From contig JAFGIV010000022.1 in the NCBI GenBank assembly GCA_016929435.1, positions 26,918 through 90,917 of the forward strand: 64,000 bases of DNA, written 5' to 3'. Positions 13,724-23,854 of the stretch are shown in pieces. Numbering within the stretch: position 1 is the stretch's first letter; every line of letters starts with the position of its first letter. Under the pieces are notes generated by a model, which was not told the origin of the DNA, ran no database searches, and worked only from the letters and a program-made list of their open reading frames with translations. A program made the translations under genes and the position numbers. The stretch is from Candidatus Uhrbacteria bacterium (GTDB lineage Bacteria > Patescibacteriota > Patescibacteriia > SG8-24).

Positions 13724-14992
13724 CTACACCAGAAGCTCCGCGGCCCGTTGGGGGTCGGCCATCAGCTCCCGGGTCACCTCCTCCATGCGCATGCCGCGCG
13801 AACCCTTTATCAGGACGATGTCGCCGGAACGCATCCGTCCCTGGACGAACATGCCGGCCCTTTCCGTATCCGGAAAATGGAACACCTTTTCCCTGGGCAT
13901 TCCGGCCTCCAGGGCGGCCCGTTCCGTCTCTGTCGTCCTCTCCCCCACCAGAACCAACGTGTCCAGGCCGATTTCCGCCGCCTTGCGGCCGATTTCCCCG
14001 TGAAGCCCGGGTGAAGACCCCCCCAAATCGAGCATATCGCCCAAAACCGCAATGCGTCCGGACTCCGGGCCAACCGGCAGGTCCCCAAGAACGTCCAGGG
14101 CCGCGGATACGGATTTGGGGGAGGCGTTGTAGGTGTCGTCTATCAGGACCGTCCGCTTGATTCCGCCCAGACAACGGACCCTGCCGGGCAAGGGACGGAA
14201 ACTGCGGAGATTTTCGGCGATCTCCACCAGGTTCATTCCCTTGACCAGTCCCACCGCCATGCCGACCAAGGCGGCGTAGGCCACCTGACGGCCCAAAACC
14301 CCGGGAACGAACACCGGGACCGTGCTGCCGAAAGCCGATACCTTGAAACGCATGCCGCAATCCCCCTCCGGATCAAAAGCGTAGCCGAGCGATTCCGGCA
14401 GGGCGCGAACGTCGGCCTCCCCGTCAAACCCGTAGCTCACGACCCGACCGGCGGCCCTTTCCCGCATCTTCCAGACCCGCTCGTCGTCCCGGTTCAGGAT
14501 GGCCACCCCGTCCTTGCCCAAAGACTCTACCATCACCCGCTTTTCGCGAAAAACCTCGTCAATCGTCCTGAAAAGCTCCAGGTGCGATTGGGCACAGGCC
14601 GTCACCACGCCAATGGCCGGCGGGGCGATGCCGGTAAGCTTCTCGATATCCCCGGGACGATCCGCCGCCATCTCCAGCACCAGGATCGGCGGCAGTTCCG
14701 CCTTCCCGATATTGGCCCGAAACCAGGCCATAACCGCCACCTTAAGCCATTGCCAAGCGGATTTCCCCCCGCCCGGCAACCCCAAGACGGCCAAAGGCAT
14801 CCCGATTTCCGTATTCATGTTCCGGGGGCTGACCCTGATCGGAAAGCCTCCGGACAGGACGGCCCGAACCGCCTCCCTGGCCGACGTTTTTCCCACTGAA
14901 CCGGTAATCCCGATGATCTCCGGATTTCCGGACCGAATCAGGTATTTCCTGGCGCTTTTGGCCAAAAAAACCTCCAAGGACTTTCTGTACAT
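13724..14992 (-). CDS. murF: UDP-N-acetylmuramoyl-tripeptide--D-alanyl-D-alanine ligase MurF
   Basis: Mur ligase P-loop GITGSVGKTS, DDTYNASP motif and C-terminal LIKGSRGMRMEEV. Confidence 0.8.
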   Translation of the reverse strand: MYRKSLEVFLAKSARKYLIRSGNPEIIGITGSVGKTSAREAVRAVLSGGFPIRVSPRNMNTEIGMPLAVLGLPGGGKSAWQWLKVAVMAWFRANIGKAELPPILVLEMAADRPGDIEKLTGIAPPAIGVVTACAQSHLELFRTIDEVFREKRVMVESLGKDGVAILNRDDERVWKMRERAAGRVVSYGFDGEADVRALPESLGYAFDPEGDCGMRFKVSAFGSTVPVFVPGVLGRQVAYAALVGMAVGLVKGMNLVEIAENLRSFRPLPGRVRCLGGIKRTVLIDDTYNASPKSVSAALDVLGDLPVGPESGRIAVLGDMLDLGGSSPGLHGEIGRKAAEIGLDTLVLVGERTTETERAALEAGMPREKVFHFPDTERAGMFVQGRMRSGDIVLIKGSRGMRMEEVTRELMADPQRAAELLV

Positions 14993-15015
14993 ATCGTTGT
15001 CTCGGACAGGCCGGC

Positions 15016-16767
15016 CTAATACGGCCGATCGGGCGGAATCTTTATGTATTGTAGCAAAAACGATGCCAGTTCGCCAAAGAGCGGGGCTGCCGTCGATTCG
15101 GCGAAAGAAACGCCCTGGGGACTCTCTATCTTCACCAGCATGACAAAAGCCGGATCGTCCACCGGGGCAAAGCCGACGAACGTGCCGATGAACCGATCTT
15201 TGTCATACCCCCCGCCGTCAGCCCGCGCCATCTGAGCCGTGCCGGTCTTCCCCGCCACCCAATATCCGGGGACACCGGCCCGTTTGCCGTGCCCGTTCTC
15301 CACCACCTGGACCAACATGCCGCTGACCATGTCGGCGGTCCTTTTCGATACCACCTGACGAACGGACTGCGGCTCGATCCGGTTTCCGGTGCCGTCCGGA
15401 TAGCGAACCTCGGAAACGACATGGGGACGCATCAGCCGCCCCCCGTTGGCCAGGGCGCCAAAGGCGGCCACAAGCTGGATTGGGGTGGCCGTAATGCCCT
15501 GACCGTAGGAACCCGTAGTGCTCCAGATGTCCCCGCGTTTCCGGAGGGAAGAGATGTCCCCGGCGGTTTCGGCGGCGATTTCCACGCCGGTCGGCTGACC
15601 GAAACCGAACGCCTCCACGTACTCGAGGAAACGGTCGGGTCCCAGTTCCCGGACCGCAAAAATCGCCCCGGTGTTCAGGGACTTCTCCAGGACCTGGGTC
15701 ATGGTCTGCCGGCCGTTAGCCTTACCGTCGGAATTGCTGATCGTGTAGGGACCGATCTTCACCTGACCGGTATCCTCATAGGTGGTGTTCGGGGACACCT
15801 TACCGGCGTCTATTGCCGCCGCCATCGTCAGGGGCTTCATGACCGAACCCGGCTCATAGGCATGATAGGTGGCCGGATTGTTGAAGACCGACATGTCCCT
15901 GACGGACGAGTAGTCGTTGGGGTCAAAATCCGGATAGCCGCAGACCGCCAATAGGCGGCCGGTATCCGGCTCCATCACCACGACCGAACCGCCAACGGCC
16001 TGAAAACCGATGACCGCCTCCCGCAGTTTGGAGCAGGCCACGAACTGGATGCTGCGGTCAACCGTAAGGACGATATCCGCCCCGTCCTGGGCCGGTCGGA
16101 AACCGCTGCCGCCGACCGCCACCCCATCGGTCGAATTGCCCCTTGAATCCAGGTAACCGGCCTGTCCGGAAAGCTCCGTGTTCCAGTACCCCTCCACCCC
16201 ATACCGACCGACCAGGTTTCCGCCCTCGTCCGAACCCACGAAGCCGGTCAGGTGACAGGCCGTTTCGGACTCCGGATAAAAGCGGAAGGATTGGGGACTG
16301 AATGCAATCCCCCTGACCTTCAGGCTACGCAGCCTCTCGACCGTATCCTCATCCAACCGGGACTTCAGGGGAACGTAGGGGTCGTCCTCCACCCCCAATT
16401 TCCCGTCCAAAACCGGCTCGTCAATACCGAGGATCGGCGACAGGGCCCGGACGGCCGCTTCCCGATCGGCCGGCTCCATCTTCCTGGTGTCGGCGTAGGC
16501 CGTATACATGGTCTTGTTCACGGCCACCGGAAACCGGCCGTCCGGGGAATCCGGATCCGCCAGGAACACCCCTCCCCTTTCCGGAAAAAGCTCGCGGAAA
16601 ATGTCGTGCTGATCCGATGCCAGGGCCGAATAGAACGAGTGCGAGATGACCTGGATATGGAACAGCCTACCGGCCAATACGGCCGCCGAAACGGCCAGGA
16701 TCACCCGAAGGAAAACCATCCGCCCGGCAAACGGGTCCGGCATTCGCCTGATACCGAACCGCCTCAT
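15016..16767 (-). CDS. ftsI: peptidoglycan D,D-transpeptidase (PBP2/FtsI family)
   Basis: N-terminal TM helix, a KSLNTG-like motif and the KTGTAQ transpeptidase motif. Confidence 0.8.
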   Translation of the reverse strand: MRRFGIRRMPDPFAGRMVFLRVILAVSAAVLAGRLFHIQVISHSFYSALASDQHDIFRELFPERGGVFLADPDSPDGRFPVAVNKTMYTAYADTRKMEPADREAAVRALSPILGIDEPVLDGKLGVEDDPYVPLKSRLDEDTVERLRSLKVRGIAFSPQSFRFYPESETACHLTGFVGSDEGGNLVGRYGVEGYWNTELSGQAGYLDSRGNSTDGVAVGGSGFRPAQDGADIVLTVDRSIQFVACSKLREAVIGFQAVGGSVVVMEPDTGRLLAVCGYPDFDPNDYSSVRDMSVFNNPATYHAYEPGSVMKPLTMAAAIDAGKVSPNTTYEDTGQVKIGPYTISNSDGKANGRQTMTQVLEKSLNTGAIFAVRELGPDRFLEYVEAFGFGQPTGVEIAAETAGDISSLRKRGDIWSTTGSYGQGITATPIQLVAAFGALANGGRLMRPHVVSEVRYPDGTGNRIEPQSVRQVVSKRTADMVSGMLVQVVENGHGKRAGVPGYWVAGKTGTAQMARADGGGYDKDRFIGTFVGFAPVDDPAFVMLVKIESPQGVSFAESTAAPLFGELASFLLQYIKIPPDRPY

Positions 16768-18086
16768 AGGTATTTCCGCCCCTTCAGCCTTTCCGGCAGG
16801 TATTCCTGCCCATCGTCGGCATGGCCGTCCGGACGCTTTTTCCCGATGTCTGGGGGATAGGCGTAACCCCTGCCGAAACCGAGATCTCCCATCAGTTTGG
16901 TGGGGGCATTGCGCAGGTGCAGCGGAACCGGTTCATTGGCCGTTTCCGCCACATCGGCCCTGACCTTTCCGTAGGCAACGTAAACGGCGTTGGATTTTGG
17001 GGCCCTGGCCAGATAGGCCGTGGCCTGGGCCAGACAGACGTCGCATTCCGGCATCCCCAGCCGACGGACCGCATCAAAGGCGGCATTGGCCTGGACCAGG
17101 GCGTTCGGATCAGCCAAACCGATGTCCTCCGACGCAAACCGAACCAGCCGTCGGGCTACATATTCCGGCTTCTCCCCGGATTCCAGTATCCGTCCCAACC
17201 AATACAGGGCGGCATTGCCGTCCGAACCCCGCAGGCTCTTCTGAAGGGCGGAAATCAGGTTGTAGTGCTCTTCCCCGGTCTTGTCGTACCGAAAATGCGG
17301 CCGTTTCAGCTGTTCGGACAGCGACGATCTGGTAAGCACCGGCCCCTGTCCCCCACCCTTTCCGCCTTCCGCCACCGCGGACCTGACGGCCATCTCCAGG
17401 GCATTCAGGGCCACTCGGGCATCGCCGTCCGCCACGGCGGCAATGAACTCCAGGGCACCATCCTCAACCCCGACCCCGAACCCCCCCAAACCGCGTCCGT
17501 TGTCGGTCAGGGCCCGGTTCAGCAACCTGACGATATCCCCGGTCTCCAACCGCTTCAGCACGAAAACCCGCGCCCGGGACAGGAGGGCGGAATTCACCTC
17601 AAACGAGGGATTTTCCGTGGTCGCCCCGATCAGGACCACTGTCCCGTCCTCCACATACGGCAGGAACGCATCCTGTTGGGCCTTGTTCCAGCGATGGATC
17701 TCGTCGACGAAAACAATCGAGCGGATTCCGCTGAACTTCAGGGACTCCTCGGCCTCAAAAACGATCTTCCGAAGGTCCGCCACGCCGCTCGATACGGCGG
17801 ACATGGGAACGAAACGGTGCTTGGTCGTCTTGGCGATCAGCCGGGCCAGGGTGGTCTTTCCGGTTCCCGGCGGCCCCCAGAAGATCATGGACGGCACCTG
17901 GTCGGAATCGATCAGCCGCCGCAGGGCCTTCCCCTCGCCGATCAGGTCCCCCTGACCGACGAACTCGCCGAAATCCGCCGCCCGGATCCGGTCCGCCAGC
18001 GGAGAGTCTTTCCTCTTCTGCCTGTCTGCCCCATAGCCGAATAGATCCATACCAAAAAACCGACATCGTCCCCCGTTCCTTTCCAA
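16764..18086 (-). CDS. rarA: replication-associated recombination protein A (RarA/MgsA AAA+ ATPase)
   Basis: Walker A FWGPPGTGKTTLARLIA, Walker B VFVDEIHRWNKAQQDAFL and a MgsA C-terminal domain. ATGA overlap with ftsI. Confidence 0.85.
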   Translation of the reverse strand: MERNGGRCRFFGMDLFGYGADRQKRKDSPLADRIRAADFGEFVGQGDLIGEGKALRRLIDSDQVPSMIFWGPPGTGKTTLARLIAKTTKHRFVPMSAVSSGVADLRKIVFEAEESLKFSGIRSIVFVDEIHRWNKAQQDAFLPYVEDGTVVLIGATTENPSFEVNSALLSRARVFVLKRLETGDIVRLLNRALTDNGRGLGGFGVGVEDGALEFIAAVADGDARVALNALEMAVRSAVAEGGKGGGQGPVLTRSSLSEQLKRPHFRYDKTGEEHYNLISALQKSLRGSDGNAALYWLGRILESGEKPEYVARRLVRFASEDIGLADPNALVQANAAFDAVRRLGMPECDVCLAQATAYLARAPKSNAVYVAYGKVRADVAETANEPVPLHLRNAPTKLMGDLGFGRGYAYPPDIGKKRPDGHADDGQEYLPERLKGRKYL

Positions 18087-18145
18087 TTATATAGAAATAT
18101 CGATTAAACAGGAACGTTTAACGTTTCCCGGGTCCTTTTTTACGC

Positions 18146-18174
18146 AAAAGCAACCCCTTTAGGGGGTTGCTTTT
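18146..18174. terminator. bidirectional rho-independent terminator 3' of tRNA-Pro
   Basis: gcaacccc-ttta-ggggttgc hairpin flanked by A-runs and T-runs on both strands. Confidence 0.5.
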
Positions 18175-18176
18175 CA

Positions 18177-18252
18177 TGGTCGGGGCGACAGGACTTGAAC
18201 CTGCGGCCTCATCGTCCCGAACGATGCGCGCTACCAACTGCGCTACGCCCCG
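18177..18252 (-). tRNA. tRNA-Pro (anticodon CGG), CCA encoded, 76 nt
   Basis: Reverse complement CGGGGCG-TA-GCGC-AGTTGGTA-GCGC-G-CATCG-TTCGGGA-CGATG-AGGCC-GCAGG-TTCAAGT-CCTGT-CGCCCCG-A-CCA folds as a canonical cloverleaf with anticodon loop TTCGGGA. Confidence 0.85.
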
Positions 18253-18407
18253 CGACCCCCAAGACAATACCCCAATCCTCCAAAAAAGGCAAGCCGTGCC
18301 GGCCGAACGAGCCGGCTTTCTGTCCGAAAATTCAGGTAAGGATTACCCAAACCCGAAAACCCGCCAATGGGGCGGCCTAATTGCTTACTTGAAAATATTT
18401 CAATGTA

Positions 18408-18872
18408 TTATTGTGTCCGACCGCGGTTCCCTCCAGCACCCCGGTCCCCTTCCCGGGAGTCGGTTCGCTGATTGCCCTTAGGGTGACGGGTTCCCCCCCC
18501 GTTTTCCAGGTTGGCGAAAAGGGCACAGTTTTTACCGTCATCCGACAGGATATAGGAATAGAGGGTCCGTTCGTCACTCCCGCCGTTGGGGTCCCGCGGA
18601 ACCCTGGGGATCATGGCCTTGGCCTGCGGATACCTGGCCGTCAGCTCCCCGAACAGGTCGGCCAAATCGTATGTCCCGGGTCCTCCGTCCGGACTGTAGC
18701 AGGAACCGCCGGCCATGAACCGGCCGATCTGGGCCAGTTCAAGCTTCCGCCTGGAATCCCGGGCCTTCCGCCGGACCGATCCGGTAGCCGCCAGGACCAC
18801 GGTCGCCAAGACGGCGACGATGCCGACCGTGACCAACAGCTCGATTACGGTGAAACCCCTTTTTCGGCGCAT
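18408..18872 (-). CDS. type IV pilin / pseudopilin-like protein (prepilin N-terminal methylation motif)
   Basis: MRRKRGFTVIELLVTVGIVAVLATVV is the class III signal peptide G|FTxIE plus hydrophobic helix. The 3' end carries a G8 homopolymer (complement of 18493-18500), so the C-terminus is uncertain. Confidence 0.7.
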   Translation of the reverse strand: MRRKRGFTVIELLVTVGIVAVLATVVLAATGSVRRKARDSRRKLELAQIGRFMAGGSCYSPDGGPGTYDLADLFGELTARYPQAKAMIPRVPRDPNGGSDERTLYSYILSDDGKNCALFANLENGGGTRHPKGNQRTDSREGDRGAGGNRGRTQ

Positions 18873-18875
18873 ACG

Positions 18876-19436
18876 TCAATAGTCAATCCCTTCCCTGGCC
18901 GGGGTGCCTTCCCGGAAATAGTGTTTGGTGTCGTTGATCTCGCTGACCAGGTCGGCCAAACCGATGATGTCCGGAAACGCCCCGCGGCCGGTCAGGACAA
19001 GCTCCGATTCCGGGCGTTTTTTCTCGATCAGGGCCAGGATGCCCTCCAGCCCAAGCAGGCCGATCCGGACGGCCGTTACCGCCTCGTCCAGTATCACCAG
19101 ATCGAAACGCGGATCGGCGACCGTCTCCCCGGCCAGGTCCAATCCGCGACGGGCCTCGGCCAGGTCCTCCGTTCCGTTCCCGAACCGAAAACGGCCACCC
19201 TCGGAAAAATCCGCCCGTACGGATCCGGTCACCCAATACTCGACATCCGGCTTCAGCCGATCCAGGGCCTTCCGCTCCGAATACCGTTCCCCGCCCTTGT
19301 CGAAAAAGACGATGCCGACCCTCTTGCCGGCCCCCACCGCCCGAAGCGCCAGGCCCAAGGCCGCCGTGGTCTTTCCCTTCCCGTTGCCGGTGTAGACGTG
19401 AACCATCCCCGGCGTTTTCCCGTCTGGCGTTCCCAT
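18876..19436 (-). CDS. cobO: cob(I)yrinic acid a,c-diamide adenosyltransferase (CobO/CobA/BtuR family)
   Basis: VHVYTGNGKGKTTAALGLALRAVGAGKRVGIVFFDKG is the P-loop signature of ATP:corrinoid adenosyltransferases. The true start may be the internal MVHVY. Confidence 0.8.
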   Translation of the reverse strand: MGTPDGKTPGMVHVYTGNGKGKTTAALGLALRAVGAGKRVGIVFFDKGGERYSERKALDRLKPDVEYWVTGSVRADFSEGGRFRFGNGTEDLAEARRGLDLAGETVADPRFDLVILDEAVTAVRIGLLGLEGILALIEKKRPESELVLTGRGAFPDIIGLADLVSEINDTKHYFREGTPAREGIDY

Positions 19437-19441
19437 GGCGG

Positions 19442-20005
19442 CTACCTGACCAAATAATCCCGGAGCAGCCGAACGGCCTTTCCCCGATGGCTGATCCCGT
19501 TCTTTTCCTCCCTGTCCATTTCGGCGAAAGTCTTAGTCCGCCCTTCGGGCCGGAAGACCCGGTCCCAACCGAAATCGCTTTCGCCCCGCGGGGCGACGAT
19601 CGTCCCCCTGGTGATGCCCTCGAAAAAACGGGTGTCTTTTGGACCGCAGGCCAAACCGATCGTCGTGCGGGCTTCGGCGCCATAGACGCCAAAACGATCT
19701 GCCAATTGCCACAGACCCTCCTGGCCGACGGTCTTCACGAACCACTTGACCAACGGTCCCGGCAAACCGGGCTGATCGGGCGATGCGCTTAGGCAATCGA
19801 GAAACAGGCTGGTATCCTCTACGATAAGTCCCCCCTCCTGGCCGTGCCGCATTGCCTCCCGCAGCTTCGCCTCAATGACCGCCTTCGGATCAACCTCCTG
19901 TATCTCCGGCAAATCAATGTCCACCTGCTCAAGAACGCCGTCGCCCACGATGGCGACAACCTCCGCAAACTTATGCCTGGAGCCGGTGATGAATTTCACG
20001 GACAT
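19442..20005 (-). CDS. rdgB: non-canonical purine NTP pyrophosphatase (RdgB/Ham1, dITP/XTP pyrophosphatase)
   Basis: KFITGSRHKFAEV... with the C-terminal SHRGKA motif typical of the Ham1 family. Confidence 0.8.
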   Translation of the reverse strand: MSVKFITGSRHKFAEVVAIVGDGVLEQVDIDLPEIQEVDPKAVIEAKLREAMRHGQEGGLIVEDTSLFLDCLSASPDQPGLPGPLVKWFVKTVGQEGLWQLADRFGVYGAEARTTIGLACGPKDTRFFEGITRGTIVAPRGESDFGWDRVFRPEGRTKTFAEMDREEKNGISHRGKAVRLLRDYLVR

Positions 20006-20114
20006 ATTGCCTTCAATTTTCCGCCAAGGCGGTTAGGCGTGAATTATACCAAAATCGGCAGTAAAAAGGCGACTGCACAGTGCAGTCGCCGAAAATTACC
20101 TTGCTTCAGAGCCG

Positions 20115-20483
20115 TCAGACCGTCGTCATCTGGAGTTTGAAATGTCCAAACTCTTCCGTGTATGCGTGGACTGTTATGTCCAGCATACCCCCCGGACGGT
20201 TTTCGCTCGACAAGATACCCTCCCTGATCTCATCGATCCCCTCCGCCACATTCTTAAGAATGGCGATTGGCCCGGATTCGGCGGCGTCATCAATCTTTTT
20301 GGAAATTGATCTTTCCATCTTTTCCATCTCTTTCGCCTCTTCCACAGGCGACGAACCTTTAGAACCACCGATCCTTACCACCATTACCTTACTTGCCAAC
20401 AATGTCATTTGAGACCTCCTTTCGTTTGTTTTTGATCCCTTAACATCGCCGAAACACCTTATCACGGCACGGATTATTGTCAA
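20115..20483 (-). CDS. hypothetical small protein (start uncertain)
   Basis: ORF between rdgB and nrdJ on the same strand; no recognised family. Confidence 0.35.
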   Translation of the reverse strand: MTIIRAVIRCFGDVKGSKTNERRSQMTLLASKVMVVRIGGSKGSSPVEEAKEMEKMERSISKKIDDAAESGPIAILKNVAEGIDEIREGILSSENRPGGMLDITVHAYTEEFGHFKLQMTTV

Positions 20484-20632
20484 GTCCGACCGGGATTGGG
20501 TCGATATCGGCTCACCGAAAACCCGCCCCGGCCACAGGGTAACCGGCCCGCGTTAGCCGCCCAAAGAAAGGCAAAATGACCGGGTAACCTGGTAAAAATC
20601 CCCGCAAAAACGCATTGATCCGGGACGTTTCC

Positions 20633-23600
20633 CTATGAGCAACCGCTTGTGCTGCCGCAGTTCAGGCACTTGTAGCAGGCCCCGTTCCTGACCATCAGGG
20701 CACCGCAGGTGTCGCAGGCCGGGGCATCCGACTGGACATCGAATCCGGCGGTCAGGGCATCGCTCCCCGCCGACTGGCCGTCCCGAACGGACACCGCTTC
20801 GGTGATGTTCATCTGCCGCCCGTCGCGGGCCGGACCGGAAGCGGTCGTCTCCGGCATCACGGATTCGGTCTGGTCCTGCTGGCGGTCAGCCACCTCGGTA
20901 TTGGAGACATCGACATCGGATTTGCCCTTTTCGGCCAGGGTCGGCAGGTCCAAATTGACGCCACAGGCCAACTGTTCCTCCGGAGCCATGAAACGCAGGG
21001 CCAACCAGCGGAAAATGTAGTCCACGAGCGATTTGGCTATCCTGATGTTCGAGTTGCCCGTGAAACCGGACGGCTCAAACCGGACGTGGGCGAACTTGTT
21101 GACCAGGACCTTGAGCGGCACGCCGTACTGCAGGGCAATGGAGGTGGAGACCGCAAAGGCGTCCATCAGCCCGGAGATGACCGAACCTCCCTTGGACATC
21201 CGGAGGAAAATCTCCCCCGGCCGGCCGTCGTCATAGAGACCGACGGTGATGAACCCGGCGTGCCCGGCAACCGAAAACTTATGGGTAACGGACCGTCGCT
21301 CCTCCGGCAGGCGGCGGCGCAGCGGGCGGTATTCAATGCGGGTCTCTACCGCCGCTGCCGGCTTTTCGGCCCCGCCGCCGTCTTCCGCCCCTTTCCCCTC
21401 AGACGAGGTCTTCAGGACCTGCTGGCCCTTCGAGCCGTCCCGGTATATCGCCACGGCCTTCAACCCGAGCTTCCAGGCCTCCATGTAGGTCCTCTCGATA
21501 TCCTCGACAGTCGCCTCGTTGGGCATGTTGACCGTCTTGGAAATGGCGCCGGAAAGGAAAGGCTGTATCGCCCCCATCATCCGGATGTGCCCCATGGGCC
21601 GAATGGAACGGTGTCCGTTGGAAGGGCGGAAGGCGCAGTCGAAGACCGGCAGGTGTTCCTCCTTCAGGTTCGGGGATCCCTCAATGGTCTCGTTCCGGTC
21701 CAGGTAATCGAGAATCTCCTTCCTCTGGTCCTCCGCATACCCCAACCGTTCCAGGGCCTCCGGAACGGTCTGGTTAACGATCTTCATCAGTCCGCCGCCG
21801 ACCAGCCACTTGTATTTGACGAGGGCAATGTCCGGCTCCACGCCAGTGGTATCGCAGTCCATCAGGAAACCGATGGTTCCGGTCGGGGCCAGGACGGAAA
21901 CCTGGGCGTTCCGGAAACCGAACCTCATGCCGAGCTCCAAGGCGCTTTCCCATGACCGTTTGGCCTGGTCCACCAACTCGTCAGGAACGCCCTGGACGGG
22001 TATCGACATGGCACTGTCGCGGTGCTGCCCGATCACCTTCAGGAACGGTTTCTCGTTAAGCCGGTATAGGGCGAACGGCCCCATTGATTCGGCGATCCGG
22101 GACGATTGGCAGTAGGCGTAACCGGTCATCATGGCGGTAAGGGCGGCCGCATAGTTCCGCCCCTCATCGGAATCGTAGGCCAGGCCCCGGGACATCAGAA
22201 GCGCACCCAGGTTGGCGTAACCCAACCCGAGCGGACGGAAATCGTGGCTGTTCCGGTCAATGGCCGGGGTCGGATACGAGGACCGGCCCACCAGTATCTC
22301 CTGGGCGGTAATCATTACGTCAACCGCGTGCCTGAACGCCTCATGGTCGAATTCCCCGTCCTCGCGGCGAAACCGCATCAGGTTCAGGGACGCCAGGTTG
22401 CAGGAGCTGTCGTCCAGGAACATGTACTCGCTGCAGGGATTGGACCCGTTGATGCGCCCGGAATTGGGGACCGTATTCCAGCGGTTGACGGCCGTATCGA
22501 ACTGCATTCCGGGGTCGCCGCATTCCCAGGTGGCCTGGGCAATATGCCGCATCAGGTCCCGGGCCGGCACGGAATCCACCGTTTCCCCGGTGACGACCGC
22601 CTTGGTCTTCCACTCTCCTCCGTCCGCCACCGCCTGCATGAAACCGTCGGTCACCCGGACCGAATTGTTGGCGTTCTGGAAAAAAATCGATCCGTAAGCC
22701 TCCCCGTCCAGGGACGGGTCATAGCCGGCCCGTATCAGGGCCTTGGCCTTGGCCTCTTCCCGGATCTTGCAGGTTATGAAATCTACGATATCCGGGTGGT
22801 CGACGTTCAGGATGACCATCTTGGCCGCCCGCCTGGTCTTCCCCCCCGACTTGATGACCCCCGCAAAGGCGTCGTACCCCTTCATGAAGGAAACGGGACC
22901 GGAGGACCTGCCGCTGGAGTTGGCCAGGTTTTCCCTGGAGGAACGGAGGGTGGAGAGGTTGGTTCCCGTTCCGGATCCGTACTTGAAAAGCATCCCTTCC
23001 GTAACGGCCAGGTTCAGGATGGACCGAAGATCATCGCTGACCGAATTGATGAAACACGCCGAGCACTGCGGCCTTTCCTGGACGCCTACATTGAACCAGA
23101 CCGGGCTATTGAAGGCGGCCTTTTGGCTGACCAGAAGGGCGGTCAGTTCGGACTCGAAAGTCCGGTAATCGTCCTCCGTGGCGAAATATCCGTCCTCCCC
23201 TCCCCACCGGGAAATCGTCCGGGACACCCGATCGACCATCTGCCGCACGGAACTCTCCCGTTCGGGATCACCCAGCTTACCCCTAAAATACTTGGAGACC
23301 ACGATGTTGGTCGCCCCCTGACTCCAGGACTTGGGGACCTCCACCCCCCGCTGTTCGAATACCGGTCTCCCCTTTCCGTCGTTTATCACCGCATCCCTAA
23401 CCTCCCACTCGACGCCGTCATACGGGCCTGAACCTTCCTTGACGAAAAACCTCCGAAAACGGAGTCCGGAACCGCCGAAACGGAATTCGGAAGGCCGGAT
23501 CGAATCGGACCGGAGGATGCCCTTGGCCACGTGCGGCAGGTTGTTGTCGATCAGGGTGACGGCTACCGTTCGGCTGATGTCATCCGTACCGGGTATGTTT

Positions 23601-23854
23601 TGGGCACCGAAACGCCGGTCAATGTCAAGGAGAACCTGGTAGGTCATCCTGGCCAACAGGGCCCGGTCGTCGATTCCGGCCCTGGCCAAACCGGATTCCA
23701 GCACCCGGCCGATCGTTTCCGGAGCGAAATCGTCCAGGCTTCCGTCGTTTCGCCTGACCTGCCTGACCCTCAAAACCCCCGGAACCTGGTCCAAAACGGC
23801 GGAAACGGCCTGGTTATCCTCCTGATCTCTGGGGATGGGTTGGGAAACCGACAT
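20633..23854 (-). CDS. nrdJ: adenosylcobalamin-dependent ribonucleoside-di/triphosphate reductase (class II RNR, NrdJ) with N-terminal ATP-cone and C-terminal Cys4 zinc ribbon
   Basis: Class II RNR active-site region CGDPGMQFDTAVNRWNTVPNSGRINGSNPCSEYMFLDDSSCNLASLNL, and the C-terminal CDTCGALMVRNGACYKCLNCG. Confidence 0.85.
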   Translation of the reverse strand: MSVSQPIPRDQEDNQAVSAVLDQVPGVLRVRQVRRNDGSLDDFAPETIGRVLESGLARAGIDDRALLARMTYQVLLDIDRRFGAQNIPGTDDISRTVAVTLIDNNLPHVAKGILRSDSIRPSEFRFGGSGLRFRRFFVKEGSGPYDGVEWEVRDAVINDGKGRPVFEQRGVEVPKSWSQGATNIVVSKYFRGKLGDPERESSVRQMVDRVSRTISRWGGEDGYFATEDDYRTFESELTALLVSQKAAFNSPVWFNVGVQERPQCSACFINSVSDDLRSILNLAVTEGMLFKYGSGTGTNLSTLRSSRENLANSSGRSSGPVSFMKGYDAFAGVIKSGGKTRRAAKMVILNVDHPDIVDFITCKIREEAKAKALIRAGYDPSLDGEAYGSIFFQNANNSVRVTDGFMQAVADGGEWKTKAVVTGETVDSVPARDLMRHIAQATWECGDPGMQFDTAVNRWNTVPNSGRINGSNPCSEYMFLDDSSCNLASLNLMRFRREDGEFDHEAFRHAVDVMITAQEILVGRSSYPTPAIDRNSHDFRPLGLGYANLGALLMSRGLAYDSDEGRNYAAALTAMMTGYAYCQSSRIAESMGPFALYRLNEKPFLKVIGQHRDSAMSIPVQGVPDELVDQAKRSWESALELGMRFGFRNAQVSVLAPTGTIGFLMDCDTTGVEPDIALVKYKWLVGGGLMKIVNQTVPEALERLGYAEDQRKEILDYLDRNETIEGSPNLKEEHLPVFDCAFRPSNGHRSIRPMGHIRMMGAIQPFLSGAISKTVNMPNEATVEDIERTYMEAWKLGLKAVAIYRDGSKGQQVLKTSSEGKGAEDGGGAEKPAAAVETRIEYRPLRRRLPEERRSVTHKFSVAGHAGFITVGLYDDGRPGEIFLRMSKGGSVISGLMDAFAVSTSIALQYGVPLKVLVNKFAHVRFEPSGFTGNSNIRIAKSLVDYIFRWLALRFMAPEEQLACGVNLDLPTLAEKGKSDVDVSNTEVADRQQDQTESVMPETTASGPARDGRQMNITEAVSVRDGQSAGSDALTAGFDVQSDAPACDTCGALMVRNGACYKCLNCGSTSGCS

